64,000 nt of DNA from Cyanophyceae cyanobacterium (GCA_038321985.1 JBBQFN010000004.1:32001-96000), one strand, 5' to 3'; shown: positions 1 through 11,848, numbered from the stretch's first letter. Program-made: numbers and translations. The notes: generated by a model not told the origin, from the sequence alone.

Positions 1-2607
1 CGCATTGAAGGGTTTTTTAACTCCGTGGGGATTCTGCCACCGGAATTGGCGACTCCCTTGGGATTGCCGGAAGGATTGACTCTGCGAAATGCACATTCAG
101 ACTTAATTAAAAAAGCGCTGACTTCGGAAGAGATTTATCTATTTTTAACCGGGAATCCGGGGATTGGCAAAACAACAGCGATCGCCAATTTTTTGCAGTC
201 TCATTTTGACGAGGGGTTTTTATTTCTGTATATCAGTCCTCGCACACAAGTCAATCTGGATATTATCGATAAGTTCAAATCTGCAACGGGTACTCTCTGT
301 GACGATCGCCTCTGGTGTGTGACGAGTAACTCCACGATTATTAAAGAAAACAGAGGATTTCCCACAGTTCGATATCAGTCTAATTCCCGTCGGAATCATT
401 TTACCGCCAATGCCGTTGATTTTATCCCTACGGAGGGGGAAGTGCGATCGCCACATCAACATCGATCCTCTCGGTTGCATCCCATCACCGATGATCGGTT
501 TCGCGATCGCGGGGAAAAAACTGCCGGAGTGCTTTCCAGTATTTGTAGTGGACTTCATACCGTCATCAGCGATCGCCTTTCCAACCAGATAATCGCCACC
601 GTTGCCATTCAATCCTTGCGCGTCACCCCCAACGGCAATGATACTTTGCGCCATTTGGATAAAATCTTCCGAAGTGCTTGCAACAAACAAACCGGGGTCA
701 TTCCCGCCAAAATGCAGGGGATATCTCACCGCATCAAACATCTGTTTATTATGATTGATGAAATCACCGGAGATGATAGCGGCGTTCACTTTCTAAAAGG
801 ACTCGGGACATTTTTACGAAACCATGAGTTAACCGATTCCCGACATGGATTTAATACCAAAATCATTGTCGCTGATGCTTCCCTGGTGGAGTCCGAGGTG
901 ATTAATCAACATCTTTCCCAAACCTCTCCTGAACCGGATAAAATTTATTTTCGCCTTGCCAAAAAACAGAATGCACCCCTGTCTATCGAACACTTTAAAT
1001 TTGCCAAATTGGGTGCTTGTGCCATTAATGCCAACTCTTATCCCGCCAGTCACTTAGATATTACTTATAAAATATTTGTGGAGTTCGTCAAATTTAGCGA
1101 CACTCTTTTCCAAGAAAAAGAACGTCCTCTCATTGAAAGGATGCAGTCTCAATTAGTTACAGATATCCAGCGCCTATTAAGCAATCCAGAAACTCGGCAA
1201 ATCTTGGTCTATATCCAAGATAAAAAACGATTGCAAGATATCATCACTCTCCTGGAAGAACGCCTGGAAACTTTTTTACCTTATACCGATTATCTGGAAA
1301 TTCATGCAAATCTATCCGACGCTGATAAACTCAAGATTCAAACCCACAAAGAAGGGGTAAAAGTCGTCTTTATGACCTCTTCCGCCAGTCGCGGATTATC
1401 CTTTCCTAAAGCGCAACATATCTTAGTTGAAATTCCCCGATTTCAAATTGAGCAAAATCTCATGGAAGTGATTCAGGTAATTTATCGTGCCAGGGGAGAG
1501 TATCGGGAAAATGGGGTCCGGCAAACCTTAGATACAGAAGCAAAATCCCTGATATTTTACTTAGGCGATCGCGCCATTGATTATCCCCCCTCCGAACCAC
1601 TGACCCCAGAAGAAACCCTAAAAAACCGGCAAATTTCCCGGCAAGAAAGTATCTTAACCCTCTTAAATCTATTACTCATTCTTAAAGTCTCCATCATGAC
1701 CCGGATTGTCGGTTCTGGACCCTTGGGGAGAAAAGAATGCTTGATGATTCCCATTGGTGGTAAATCAATCTCCTCCGTCGGCATGACCTTGAGTGGGGAA
1801 ATCACCCAACTGATTCGAGAACTAAAAAACGAATATCGACGCAAACGAAATCACCCCATCTTACAAGAAGTCTTTACCAGTTTGCAAGAGATTCTCAATC
1901 ATGCCGAATTTATTCTCATGGATGAAACTGGAGATAAGGAAATTCTCCAAAAATCTTACCTAGAATTACGGAAAGAATTTAATACTAATTTTTCACAATA
2001 CTGCCACCGCCTCGATAAACTCTTGGATTTAGGCAATATCGAACCGGGTCATCTCATCGGCAGTTTGTTAGTCGTTCCGATTCGCCAACGATTAGAAGAA
2101 AGTTATGAAATTCGCTTAGAACAGCAGATTCGACGCTATGCCACCGAGGGATTAATTCAAAAGATGTTAGGGATTAGTAAAAACCCAGAATATCCAGATA
2201 ACTTAAAAATAGCAATTCGTGGGGGTGCAATGGAATTAGTCGAACTCCTGAATCGCCAAGCAACTCGCACCCAGTGGTTTGAACAGTACAGTCAAACCTC
2301 GGACCAGTATTATCTCATCCCGTTAATTACCTTGATTGCAGGAGAGGCGATCGCCGAGTATTTTAAACAAGAACCCCAGGAAGAAGAATACCGAGAATTT
2401 AGAACCTTACTCTCGCGCTATCTGCACTCCCTCTATCCCGCCTACAACACCTTACCCATTGGTCGCAAATACCGAGAATTTCCTTTTTTACTGTTCCGAA
2501 GTTACAGTTTAGAGCAAATGCGAGCTAAAATGTTTTCGGATAAGTATTTGTTAAATTCTCATGAATTAAACGTGCTAAATTTGATTTTATCACGAGAAGA
2601 TGAATAA
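1..2607 (+). CDS. Large divergent superfamily-2 helicase-like protein, 5'-truncated by the window edge
   Basis: Frame 1 is open from base 1 (RIEGFFNSVGIL...). Motifs: Walker A TGNPGIGKT, Ia SPRTQV, II IDEITGD, III-like DAS, V TSSASRGLSF, VI-like QVIYRARG. Confidence 0.8.
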   Translation, partial: RIEGFFNSVGILPPELATPLGLPEGLTLRNAHSDLIKKALTSEEIYLFLTGNPGIGKTTAIANFLQSHFDEGFLFLYISPRTQVNLDIIDKFKSATGTLCDDRLWCVTSNSTIIKENRGFPTVRYQSNSRRNHFTANAVDFIPTEGEVRSPHQHRSSRLHPITDDRFRDRGEKTAGVLSSICSGLHTVISDRLSNQIIATVAIQSLRVTPNGNDTLRHLDKIFRSACNKQTGVIPAKMQGISHRIKHLFIMIDEITGDDSGVHFLKGLGTFLRNHELTDSRHGFNTKIIVADASLVESEVINQHLSQTSPEPDKIYFRLAKKQNAPLSIEHFKFAKLGACAINANSYPASHLDITYKIFVEFVKFSDTLFQEKERPLIERMQSQLVTDIQRLLSNPETRQILVYIQDKKRLQDIITLLEERLETFLPYTDYLEIHANLSDADKLKIQTHKEGVKVVFMTSSASRGLSFPKAQHILVEIPRFQIEQNLMEVIQVIYRARGEYRENGVRQTLDTEAKSLIFYLGDRAIDYPPSEPLTPEETLKNRQISRQESILTLLNLLLILKVSIMTRIVGSGPLGRKECLMIPIGGKSISSVGMTLSGEITQLIRELKNEYRRKRNHPILQEVFTSLQEILNHAEFILMDETGDKEILQKSYLELRKEFNTNFSQYCHRLDKLLDLGNIEPGHLIGSLLVVPIRQRLEESYEIRLEQQIRRYATEGLIQKMLGISKNPEYPDNLKIAIRGGAMELVELLNRQATRTQWFEQYSQTSDQYYLIPLITLIAGEAIAEYFKQEPQEEEYREFRTLLSRYLHSLYPAYNTLPIGRKYREFPFLLFRSYSLEQMRAKMFSDKYLLNSHELNVLNLILSREDE

Positions 2608-2733
2608 TTTTATATTCATTTCAGTTATTTTTAAAGGGTGTAAGTCGCACCCTATCCCTATAAAAATAGGTAACTCCCATTCAGCAGAGTGCTAGAATTG
2701 AATTAAAATCAATCCCCTTTGGAGGCAACACTG

Positions 2734-3291
2734 ATGATTGCTGTCCCTAACTACATCAGTCCTGAAGAATATCTCGACCTCGAACGTCAAACCCCAATTC
2801 GCCATGAATATCGACGCGGTTTAGTGTATGCAATGGCAGGCGGCACCGATAATCACGATCGCATTGCTCAAAATCTTCTGTACCTGATTAACTTCCATTT
2901 GCGGGACTCCTCCGACTGTCGATTTTATTCAGGGAATGTTAAGGTCAATTATCAAGATAAATTTTATTACTATCCTGATGCTTTTGTAACTTGTGACTCG
3001 CGCGATCGCAGCGATCGCTATGTCAAACGCTATCCTAAACTCATCGCCGAAGTCCTGTCCCCCAGTACCCAAACCTTTGACTTAGGGGAAAAATTCACCG
3101 ATTATCAAAAGATTGACACTTTAGAAGAATATATTCTAATTTCCCAGGAAACCCAGCGGGTAGAATGTCGTCGCCTTACGGGTACAGATACCTGGGAAAC
3201 TGAAGTCTATGGAGAAGGCGATCGCATTATTCTGAAAAGTCTTAACCTAGAGTTTGCGATCGGTGAACTGTATCTCGGCGTCGATCCATAA
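2734..3291 (+). CDS. Uma2 family (DUF820) endonuclease-fold protein
   Basis: ISPEEYL..RHEY..G..YAMAGG, YYPDAFVTCD, AEVLSPST..D.GEK..Y. GGAGG at 2721 precedes ATG 2734. Confidence 0.9.
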   Translation: MIAVPNYISPEEYLDLERQTPIRHEYRRGLVYAMAGGTDNHDRIAQNLLYLINFHLRDSSDCRFYSGNVKVNYQDKFYYYPDAFVTCDSRDRSDRYVKRYPKLIAEVLSPSTQTFDLGEKFTDYQKIDTLEEYILISQETQRVECRRLTGTDTWETEVYGEGDRIILKSLNLEFAIGELYLGVDP

Positions 3292-3617
3292 ATTCTTCTC
3301 TTTTCAATAAATTTTTTGATGCCTCAAGCGAAAGTTTATGGTAAAATTAAAATAGGAGCTTAAAACTAATGTGAGGCTTAAACAGGGATCTCATTAAGAA
3401 AGAGTGGATGAAAGACTATTACGCAACTCCTGCCGAAGAAACCGAAGAAGCCGAAAATTCCGCCGAATCCTACATCTAAAATCTCACCTACAAAGCTGGA
3501 TCCTCCACAAAGTATCAGCTTTTCATTATTTTTACTCAGGATTTTGAGTAACATTAATAAGAATATAACCCCGCTTAACCTCAAATTTAGCCTTTTACTA
3601 AAAGAATGAAAACTTCT

Positions 3618-4331
3618 TCATTTATTCAGAAAGCCCTGATAGTTATGTTCAAATTTTTTTGCCACAAATAGAAAAACAGCATATAAAATTAAAGTTTCTC
3701 CCAACATTTCTAAAGATTCCTCAAAGGCGACTCTGACTTGTTCAATGACCCAGGTTAATACTTCCCGTTCTCCAAAAAATTTGTTCAGGAGGGGATTCAA
3801 GATAATATGTTTGAAAATCTCTGCACCAAATGCACCAACAATTGCCAGTAACAATCCCGAGAGTCCTAGAATAACTAGGTTTCGAGAACTATACCAGAGT
3901 GCTTTAAAATCTCGGAAAAAGAAGACAGCGATCGCCACAATTAAAAAGCTATAAATCCCAATCCAATATTTTGTACCAACAATCGGCATCCAACTGGATG
4001 ATCCCCCCCCTAGATGGAGTTTAACCAGTTCATCTAAGGTAACATAGAATAATAACACCGCTTGAACCAACCAAAATGCCGGAGAAGGACGTTCCGAGGA
4101 CTTTCGGGACAAGAAAAACATCCCCAAATAAACCAAGGAAATTTGGAAGAGAATCGATGCTTGTAATAGACTGGGAATCGTCATGAATCCGTCCATATCA
4201 AATGGGTGATAAACTTCTCGATGGATGAACACCCCCCCCAGGTAAATGATGACGATCGCCACTTCAAAACAAATTAACCCTCCAATCCAATAAGGAACGG
4301 CACGTTTAAGCAATTTGGGATTCAAAGTCAT
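3618..4331 (-). CDS. Polytopic membrane protein of unknown function
   Basis: 237 aa with about 6 hydrophobic segments; LDE...LH and EESLEMLG motifs; ATGA overlap with the uvrC stop. Confidence 0.75.
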   Translation of the reverse strand: MTLNPKLLKRAVPYWIGGLICFEVAIVIIYLGGVFIHREVYHPFDMDGFMTIPSLLQASILFQISLVYLGMFFLSRKSSERPSPAFWLVQAVLLFYVTLDELVKLHLGGGSSSWMPIVGTKYWIGIYSFLIVAIAVFFFRDFKALWYSSRNLVILGLSGLLLAIVGAFGAEIFKHIILNPLLNKFFGEREVLTWVIEQVRVAFEESLEMLGETLILYAVFLFVAKKFEHNYQGFLNK

Positions 4332-6208
4332 GGATGAAAATACTCATAAATTTGCTGTGCCAATCGAGGACCAATTCCCGAGACTTCTGCCAATTGTGTC
4401 GGTGTCGCGATACTGATATAATCAAGCGAATGAAAATGTGCTAACAGTTGTTTTTGGCGTTCAAATCCCAACCCGGAAATTTCATCTAAGCGCGATCGCC
4501 GCATTCGTTCTGTGCGCTGTTGGCGGTGAAATGTTACGGCAAAACGGTGTGCTTCATCTCGCAACCGTCGTAACAATTGCACCCCGGGTTGTTCCGAGTC
4601 CGATTGTACAGGTAACGATTCTCCCGGTTGGAAAATTTCCTCACGCTGTTTCGCTAAACTGACGACTCGCACATCTTCTAGTAAATCCATCTCCCGCAAC
4701 ACTTCCACCACTGCCGACAATTGGCCTTTACCGCCATCAATCATCACTAAGTCCGGCCAATCCAAGGTGTGATCAATTTTACCCGTTTCTCGTTTTTGCT
4801 GACCTGCATCGCGAAACCGGCGTCCTAGCACTTCTGCAAGACTGGCAAAGTCATCGGAGTGACCCGATTGTACCTCGGGATTGCGGATTTTGTAGCGGCG
4901 ATAAAGCTGATTTGCCGGGAGTCCGTCAATAAAGACCACGCGAGAGGCAACAGCATCGGACCCTTGGACGTGAGAAATATCATATCCTTCAATGCGCCGT
5001 GGCAACTCTGGCAAATCCAGGAGTTCTGCTAAATCCTGCATTGCTGCGGCATTGCGATCGCTGAATTTTTGCATCCGCGCCATTTCATAGTCCGCATTTT
5101 TGGCAACCATCTCGATTAATTCCGCCTTGGTTTGGCGTTGAGGAGTGAGAATGGAGACTTTCCGACCCTTGCGATCGCTTAACCAATCCCCCAATATCTC
5201 CGCCTCGGGTAATTCATGTTGCACTAAAATTTCTGCCGGAATCTCCACGGATTCTACATTGCGGTAATGTTCCTCTAACACCCGTTGTAAAATTGCACCG
5301 GGTTCGGCGGTTTGCGCTTCTGCCACAAATCCTAACCGTCCGACTAATTGTCCGGCGCGAACTTGGAAGAGTTGGATACAAGCGCGATCGCCATTGCTGG
5401 AAAGTGCGATCGCATCTTGGGAGAGGCGATCGTCCGGCAGGGAGACTTTTTGACCCGCATGAAGGGACTGTAACCCTTGAATGCGATCGCGAAGTCTTGC
5501 CGCTTGTTCAAAATTCAACTCCTCTGCTGCCACCTCCATTTGCTGCTTTAAAATATCCAGTAATTCCTCCGTCCGACCCTGAAACACCATCGCCACCTTT
5601 TGCACCGTTTTGCGATAGTCTTCCGCATCAATTAACCCTTGACAAACCCCTGGACAACGACCGATATCATAATTCAAACAAGGTCGGTCTTTAAATAGGG
5701 GTTGGGGACGCTGACGCAAGGGAAAAATTTGCTTGACTAAATGCACCGTACTCCGCAATAGTCCCGCATCTACATAAGGGCCATAATAACGGTCTTTAGC
5801 ACTTCCCTCCTTGCGCTTACGAGTGATAAAAATACGCGGATAAGTTTCGGACCAAGTAATGCAGAGATAGGGGTATTTTTTATCATCTTTTAGCAGGACA
5901 TTAAAATAGGGTTGATGCTGCTTAACCAGATTTGCTTCTAATGCTAATGCTTCCGCTTCTGTATCCGTGACGATGAATTCAATATCCGCCACTTGTTGAA
6001 CCATCCGTTCAATCCGCTGACTCAAACTGTGGGAGTCACGAAAATAAGACCGCACCCGCGATCGCAACTTTTTGGACTTGCCAATATAAAGAATGCGATC
6101 ATCGCGATCGCGCATCAAATAAACCCCCGGAACTGGGGGAATTTCTTTGAGTCGATTTTCCAGTCGTTCTGAATCCTGAATCAGGGTTAAAGCGTCGGTC
6201 GTTTCCAT
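4328..6208 (-). CDS. uvrC: Excinuclease ABC subunit C
   Basis: GIY-YIG N-terminus ([19 protein letters not shown]), UVR domain [34 protein letters not shown]-terminal HhH. Confidence 0.98.
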   Translation of the reverse strand: METTDALTLIQDSERLENRLKEIPPVPGVYLMRDRDDRILYIGKSKKLRSRVRSYFRDSHSLSQRIERMVQQVADIEFIVTDTEAEALALEANLVKQHQPYFNVLLKDDKKYPYLCITWSETYPRIFITRKRKEGSAKDRYYGPYVDAGLLRSTVHLVKQIFPLRQRPQPLFKDRPCLNYDIGRCPGVCQGLIDAEDYRKTVQKVAMVFQGRTEELLDILKQQMEVAAEELNFEQAARLRDRIQGLQSLHAGQKVSLPDDRLSQDAIALSSNGDRACIQLFQVRAGQLVGRLGFVAEAQTAEPGAILQRVLEEHYRNVESVEIPAEILVQHELPEAEILGDWLSDRKGRKVSILTPQRQTKAELIEMVAKNADYEMARMQKFSDRNAAAMQDLAELLDLPELPRRIEGYDISHVQGSDAVASRVVFIDGLPANQLYRRYKIRNPEVQSGHSDDFASLAEVLGRRFRDAGQQKRETGKIDHTLDWPDLVMIDGGKGQLSAVVEVLREMDLLEDVRVVSLAKQREEIFQPGESLPVQSDSEQPGVQLLRRLRDEAHRFAVTFHRQQRTERMRRSRLDEISGLGFERQKQLLAHFHSLDYISIATPTQLAEVSGIGPRLAQQIYEYFHP

Positions 6209-6332
6209 AAGAGTTTAGGCATAGAATCGGGATAAATTTATCCTGGATTTACTATTTTAGCAAAGGTATTCAGGGATGGGGAAACTAACCCGATAGAATG
6301 GAGTAGGGATTTCCCCTCCTAATTTTTAATCC

Positions 6333-6971
6333 CTAGGAGAGATGCACAAATTGGACGAGATCAGGAACCTCATCAATGAAGGACCGCAACAGCGCATCTT
6401 CAGAGGGGCGATCGTACATCTCCTGATAAACTTGTTCAATCAGTCGTTTAACCAGAGTCCCCGCCAATTGACCCTCTGACTCTGCGGGAACCATCATTAA
6501 TAACATCTCCGTTGGCACCTCTCCCGATAAAGGGGGCAGAAGATATCGAACAGATTGTAGAACTTTTGCTCCATTATTTTGGTAAAACCCAATCCGTCGT
6601 TTTGCTTGTTCTGAATCTTCGCAAAACTGGGGATTTTCCACCTCGATTAATAAGGCTTTTTGCTGATTTTTTACCTGGTTAATTAGATAAGACATCAAGG
6701 TTCTTCCAATGCCGCGACTACGATAGTCTTTATCGGTTCCCAGATAGTCGAGTAAGATAAAATCAGTTGGGTTCAAGGGGTAGAGTAAGGCAATTCCTAC
6801 CACTTGGTTTTCCGATTTGGCAATAAACCATTGATAAAGCTGATTGGATAATCGAGTTTCTAGGATTTCAAGGGGTTGTCTTTCGCAAGCAGGAAAGGAA
6901 TCGAGGTAGATTTTTAAGGCACCTTGAAAATCAGGATGATTGATATCAGTAAGTTGGACAATTTCTAGCAT
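6333..6971 (-). CDS. GNAT family N-acetyltransferase
   Basis: LDYLGTDKDYRSRGIG acetyl-CoA motif and RRIGFYQNNG. ATG 6971 is more plausible than TTG 7043. Confidence 0.85.
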   Translation of the reverse strand: MLEIVQLTDINHPDFQGALKIYLDSFPACERQPLEILETRLSNQLYQWFIAKSENQVVGIALLYPLNPTDFILLDYLGTDKDYRSRGIGRTLMSYLINQVKNQQKALLIEVENPQFCEDSEQAKRRIGFYQNNGAKVLQSVRYLLPPLSGEVPTEMLLMMVPAESEGQLAGTLVKRLIEQVYQEMYDRPSEDALLRSFIDEVPDLVQFVHLS

Positions 6972-7039
6972 GGTTTTGGGAGGTTTGATAGTAAGCGACA
7001 ACCGCCGGTTTTTTAAACTAAAATTACACCCCATTAAAA

Positions 7040-8263
7040 TCAATTGGTTGACTCTAACACCTCTAACACCTGTTTCGGCTGCAATTTATCCTTAAACCAC
7101 ACCATTGGCACCGTCACTTCCTTTAAATTGATTCCCGCCTTTTCTAAATTTAATCGTTCCGAAATAGCTAAAATTAAATCATGGCGTTGAGACTTTTTAA
7201 CCTGAGCGAATTTCTTTTGCAAATACTCCGGACGCCAATAGCCGACAATTTCTAATAAAAATGTTCGTCCGTCTGGATGAACAAGGCGAAAATCGGGAAT
7301 CATCACACTTCCGGGAATGGGAATTAAATCAACCTCTCGTTCTAACTTCCATTCTGTTTTAATCGAGTCCCAGCGACTGACAAAAGAGGCTTCTAACATA
7401 CTATCATAAGGCTTACCTGGCGGATAGTGACTGACTAATCCACAGTCCGAATTCAGGGCGAATCGTCCGGTTTTCCACTCGCTGGTGTAGGGGTCGCGAC
7501 TTTGTAAAGTGGCGTCTAAACTCCATTTGGTGACGTGCAGTAAAGCAGGCAAGAGTTTGGCAATTGCTAAACCATATCTTGTACTGGGTTTAAATAAGCT
7601 CGTTGGACCATCAATGGTAATGGTAAATCCGCAGTCCGCATCGCCTTCAATATAAGCCATTAATTGAAATAATTTTAAATACCGGAATAAGAGTTTATAC
7701 TCTCCGGGGTCATTGCGATGGGCGTTGATTAATAAATGAGTAGCGCGATAAAATACCCCTTGTACTTGGGAGACATTGTAACGATGGAGTAATAATTCTG
7801 GAGGGGGTGCGTCAAATTCTGTGAGGATTTTATTCTCGTTTAAGTCTGCATATAATCCCGCTTGAATATGCAGAGGGAGAACTTCCCGTTCTAATTCTTG
7901 ACTTAATTGAGTCGCGAGTTTTTCCAGGGTAAGTTGAGTTCCTTCTTTACTCGGAACCGTTTCCGCAGCAGCGGTAAAGACGCGCTGGCGCAATTCAATG
8001 GGTTCCAGGGGAGAAATCACCTCAAAAGTGCTTAAACTGCCTTTTAAAATATGAGCAAGTCCCCGTTTGATGCGGTAGTCGGTGCCATCTCCTTCTATCT
8101 GGTGGAGTTTGCAGTCGAGTTCAGATTGGGGACAACCCACTGCTTCTTGGAAACAGGTGATGAGTTGAGAGGCGATCGCCAAATTCTTAGAATTAATTTC
8201 CAATCGCTTGGGAACAATCGTCTCTCCATTCATGCGATGACTAAGTAAGTCACTGGGTAACAT
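7040..8263 (-). CDS. DUF790 family protein (predicted restriction-endonuclease-like nuclease)
   Basis: MLPSDLL start, DGPTSLF...RYG, YDSMLE, IPDF...LEIVGYWRPEYL..K. Confidence 0.9.
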   Translation of the reverse strand: MLPSDLLSHRMNGETIVPKRLEINSKNLAIASQLITCFQEAVGCPQSELDCKLHQIEGDGTDYRIKRGLAHILKGSLSTFEVISPLEPIELRQRVFTAAAETVPSKEGTQLTLEKLATQLSQELEREVLPLHIQAGLYADLNENKILTEFDAPPPELLLHRYNVSQVQGVFYRATHLLINAHRNDPGEYKLLFRYLKLFQLMAYIEGDADCGFTITIDGPTSLFKPSTRYGLAIAKLLPALLHVTKWSLDATLQSRDPYTSEWKTGRFALNSDCGLVSHYPPGKPYDSMLEASFVSRWDSIKTEWKLEREVDLIPIPGSVMIPDFRLVHPDGRTFLLEIVGYWRPEYLQKKFAQVKKSQRHDLILAISERLNLEKAGINLKEVTVPMVWFKDKLQPKQVLEVLESTN

Positions 8264-8420
8264 CGGCGTCAGGGGGGAGTATTGGCTGTTATTTATGCTA
8301 TCCCACTATAGGGCCAACAACAGCGGCTCAATATCGCCTCTGGACCCCAAGATTTAGGGACCCATCGCGCCTTACGTTGGGTAAGGGAATCTTAACAAGG
8401 GCGATCGCCAGGGGTTTGAT

Positions 8421-8633
8421 TCAGCGTTTCTCCACGGCGACAGACGATCGCTGATAGGAGTTCACGCATAGATCTCGCGTCACTCTCCCGGATAAAATAG
8501 CTGATTGTAATTCGCTCAAGGCGTCCAATTCTTCTACAGTACAACCCTGATCAAACATCAGACGGAGTTTGTGTTCCGTTGTAACACTTAAATAACCGGT
8601 TTGTAATACTTGTTTAATAATTTTAGAAATCAT
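8421..8633 (-). CDS. Small conserved cyanobacterial hypothetical protein
   Basis: 70 aa; the pattern I..VL.TGYLS...E..L...L..LQ.AI.SG.V matches a small cyanobacterial family I recognise. Confidence 0.7.
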   Translation of the reverse strand: MISKIIKQVLQTGYLSVTTEHKLRLMFDQGCTVEELDALSELQSAILSGRVTRDLCVNSYQRSSVAVEKR

Positions 8634-9318
8634 GGGTTTCCGCTCCGGGTCAATATTAGGTCAAGCTATCACTTTAGTATGTATCGGAGGAAACCAATCG
8701 GAAGTGATGCAGATTTACCCGCTGGTGCGATCGAGATCGCCTTCAGTTCTCTCCCTGGGACTCAATTTTTTGTTAAAATCTAAAGAGATTGTCAAATATG
8801 AAGAAACCTTACCCTTGAGAGTTTAAACTCAAACTAAGCCTAAACAAGCGATAGTTATCACTCAGTATTAACCCTTGAAGCAAATCCTGGCTTTATCGCC
8901 CCCCCCTAAAACCCCTCTGTTCCCTGTCCTATGCCCTCTTAATGGGAGTGAATATCAACCCAAATCTCGATCAAAAACCCCGATTTGTCAGGGTTTCATC
9001 TCCAACGCCTGCCCCCTATAAAAAACCCTCAGTTCTTTAATAGGAGGTAAGTTTCAGATAGAATGCCCAGGTTTCCATACCTCAGAGCCTTGACAATAGA
9101 TTCGTGAATCGAGTAGAGGTAGCCACAGAACCTGTGGCTGCCTTCCCTGAACCTTGCTCACCATCAACTCTCCATCGATGCTCCCTCCTGAGTGAGCCAG
9201 CAGGTACTCAGACGGCTACTACTCCTGAGAATTACGGATGTCTTCACTCCTGAAGTACACCAATTGAGATACCTTAGAAACAGAACTAAATAAAACTTTA
9301 CAGTCAGGAAAAATCCTC

Positions 9319-11805
9319 ATGTTTGAGTATTTCACAGAAAAGTCCATAAAAGCGATTATGTTGGCGCAGCAAGAAGCTCGCCGCCTCGGTCATAATTTTG
9401 TTGGGACCGAGCAGTTACTCTTAGGTTTAATTGCAGAAGGAACTGGTATTGCCGCGCAGGTCCTCAAATCTGAAGGCGTCACCTTAAATAAGGCACGGGT
9501 AGAAGTTGAAAAAATCATCGGCAGAGGCAGCGGTTTCGTCCCCGTAGAAATTCCCTTCACTCCGCGCGGCAAAAGCATTTTAGAGATGTCGTTGCGCGAA
9601 GCCAGCCAACTGGGGCAACAGTACATCGCCACGGAACACCTTCTCCTTGCCTTAACCCAAAGCCGAGAAGGAGTTGCCTTTAAAATCCTAGAAAACCTCG
9701 GCGTCAGCTTGGAACGAGTCCGTGCAGAAGTGATTAAACGAGTCGGGGAAAATCCCGCACCCGCCGGTGCCTTATTTGGAGGAGAACGGGGTCGAGGTCC
9801 TGGATCCCAAAAAGCCCTCCAACTTAGCGAATTTGGGGTGAACCTGACTGAAAAAGCCCTAGAAGGAAATCTGGACCCCGTAGTTGGACGGAAAAAAGAA
9901 ATCGAGCGGATTATCCAAATTTTGGGACGTCGCACTAAAAATAATCCCGTACTCGTGGGAGAACCCGGGGTAGGTAAAACTGCTCTGGCTGAAGGATTGG
10001 CGCAACGCATCGCTAACCAGGACGTTCCGGAAACCCTCAAAGATAAACGCGTCTTTACCCTGGATATGGGGTCAGTCCTCGCCGGGACGCGCTTCCGGGG
10101 TGATTTTGAGGAACGCATCAAAATGATTATGGAAGAAGTGCGCCAAGCGGGAAATATCATTTTGGTGATTGACGAAATCCATACCCTTGTCGGTGCGGGT
10201 GCAGTCGAAGGCGGCATGGATGCGGCTAATCTGCTCAAACCGGCACTAGCGCGGGGAGAATTTCAGTGCATTGGGGCGACAACATTAGATGAGTATCGCA
10301 AACATATCGAACGGGATGCGGCCCTAGAACGGCGCTTCCAACCCGTAAACATTGGGGAACCCACTATCCAAGAGACAATTGAGATTTTGCAGGGTATACG
10401 GGTTCGCTATGAAGAACATCATAAATTGACGATTTCTGATGAAGCGCTGGTGGCAGCAGCGGAACTCTCAGAACGGTATATTACCGATCGCTTTTTGCCC
10501 GATAAGGCGATCGACTTAATTGATGAAGCCGGGTCCCGAGTGCGTCTGCGGAATGGCAAAATGCCCTCTGCACTGCGCCAAATGAAGCATCAACTTACCG
10601 ACGTTACGTTAGAAAAAGAAGCGGCAGTCCGTGCTCAGGATTTTGGAAAAGCCTCCAAACTGCGCGATCGTGAGGTAACCCTAGAGGAAGAACTGGATCA
10701 ACGCATCAAGAACGAGCATATAGAAGTTGAAAATAGCAAAAACCTCGTGGTCACTGCCGAAGATATCGCGCAAATCGTGGCAAGTTGGACTAGCGTCCCG
10801 GTGAGCAAACTCACCGAATCCGAGTCCGAGAAACTGATGCTAATGGAAGAAACCCTACATCAGCGTCTGATCGGTCAAGAAGAGGCCGTCAAAGCGGTTT
10901 CTCGTGCCATTCGTCGGGCGCGGGTTGGCTTAAAAAATCCCAACCGTCCGATCGCTAGCTTTATCTTCTCTGGTCCTACCGGAGTCGGCAAAACTGAGCT
11001 CACAAAAGCCTTAGCTGCCTACTTCTTCGGGTCAGAAGATGCCATGATTCGTCTGGATATGTCTGAATACATGGAACGTCATACCGTCTCCAAACTGATT
11101 GGTTCCCCTCCGGGATTCGTCGGGTATGACGAAGGGGGACAACTCACGGAAGCTGTGCGCCGTCGTCCCTATACGGTGATTCTATTCGACGAAATCGAGA
11201 AAGCACACCCCGATGTGTTTAATATGTTGCTGCAAGTCCTGGAAGATGGACGACTCACCGATGCTAAAGGGCGGGTGGTAGACTTCAAGAATACCCTGCT
11301 GATTATGACTTCAAATATCGGGTCTCGGGTCATTGAAAAAGGGGGCGGTGGACTCGGATTTGAGTTCTCCGACAACCGCGCCGAAGCTCACTATGACCGA
11401 ATTCGTAGCTTGGTGAATGAAGAACTGAAGAATTACTTCCGTCCGGAGTTTCTCAACCGTTTGGATGAGATTATTGTCTTCCATCAGTTGACCAAAAATG
11501 AAGTCACAGAAATCGCGGAAATCCTGTTGCGTGACTTGTTAAAACGCCTAGTGGAGAAACGGATTACCCTGGAAATCAGCGCTCGCTTCAAAGAGCGGGT
11601 CGTGGAAGAAGGGTATAATCCCAGCTACGGTGCACGACCTTTACGCCGCGCCATTATGCGCCTGTTGGAAGACCATTTAGCCGAAGCGATGTTATCTGGA
11701 AACCTGGATGAAGGGGATTCGGCGCTGATTGACCTCGATGAAGCCGGAGAAGTGGTGGTACATCGTGTAGAAGGGCGATCGCTCGTTTCTCCTAGCAGCC
11801 GTTAA
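9319..11805 (+). CDS. clpC: ATP-dependent Clp protease ATP-binding subunit ClpC (divergent paralogue)
   Basis: Clp-N repeats, two AAA modules ([16 protein letters not shown]), UVR middle domain, ClpP-docking LGF loop. Confidence 0.93.
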   Translation: MFEYFTEKSIKAIMLAQQEARRLGHNFVGTEQLLLGLIAEGTGIAAQVLKSEGVTLNKARVEVEKIIGRGSGFVPVEIPFTPRGKSILEMSLREASQLGQQYIATEHLLLALTQSREGVAFKILENLGVSLERVRAEVIKRVGENPAPAGALFGGERGRGPGSQKALQLSEFGVNLTEKALEGNLDPVVGRKKEIERIIQILGRRTKNNPVLVGEPGVGKTALAEGLAQRIANQDVPETLKDKRVFTLDMGSVLAGTRFRGDFEERIKMIMEEVRQAGNIILVIDEIHTLVGAGAVEGGMDAANLLKPALARGEFQCIGATTLDEYRKHIERDAALERRFQPVNIGEPTIQETIEILQGIRVRYEEHHKLTISDEALVAAAELSERYITDRFLPDKAIDLIDEAGSRVRLRNGKMPSALRQMKHQLTDVTLEKEAAVRAQDFGKASKLRDREVTLEEELDQRIKNEHIEVENSKNLVVTAEDIAQIVASWTSVPVSKLTESESEKLMLMEETLHQRLIGQEEAVKAVSRAIRRARVGLKNPNRPIASFIFSGPTGVGKTELTKALAAYFFGSEDAMIRLDMSEYMERHTVSKLIGSPPGFVGYDEGGQLTEAVRRRPYTVILFDEIEKAHPDVFNMLLQVLEDGRLTDAKGRVVDFKNTLLIMTSNIGSRVIEKGGGGLGFEFSDNRAEAHYDRIRSLVNEELKNYFRPEFLNRLDEIIVFHQLTKNEVTEIAEILLRDLLKRLVEKRITLEISARFKERVVEEGYNPSYGARPLRRAIMRLLEDHLAEAMLSGNLDEGDSALIDLDEAGEVVVHRVEGRSLVSPSSR

Positions 11806-11848
11806 GCGGTTGAGATTTGCAGGGGGATAAATTCCCTCTAAATGGATG

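Noticed and set aside
1..2607. Calling the helicase Cas3
   Set aside because: No HD domain is visible in the available part, motifs II and VI differ from Cas3 (DEAH, QRxGRxxR), and there are no cas genes or array in the window.
3378..3584. 68-aa minus-strand ORF rich in Gly/Phe
   Set aside because: TTG start and no recognisable family; the composition is explained by the GAA-rich plus strand.
9390..10238. 282-aa antisense ORF in clpC (also those inside clpB, apcE, atp, WD40 and fut genes)
   Set aside because: Shadow frames of well-conserved genes with no independent motifs.
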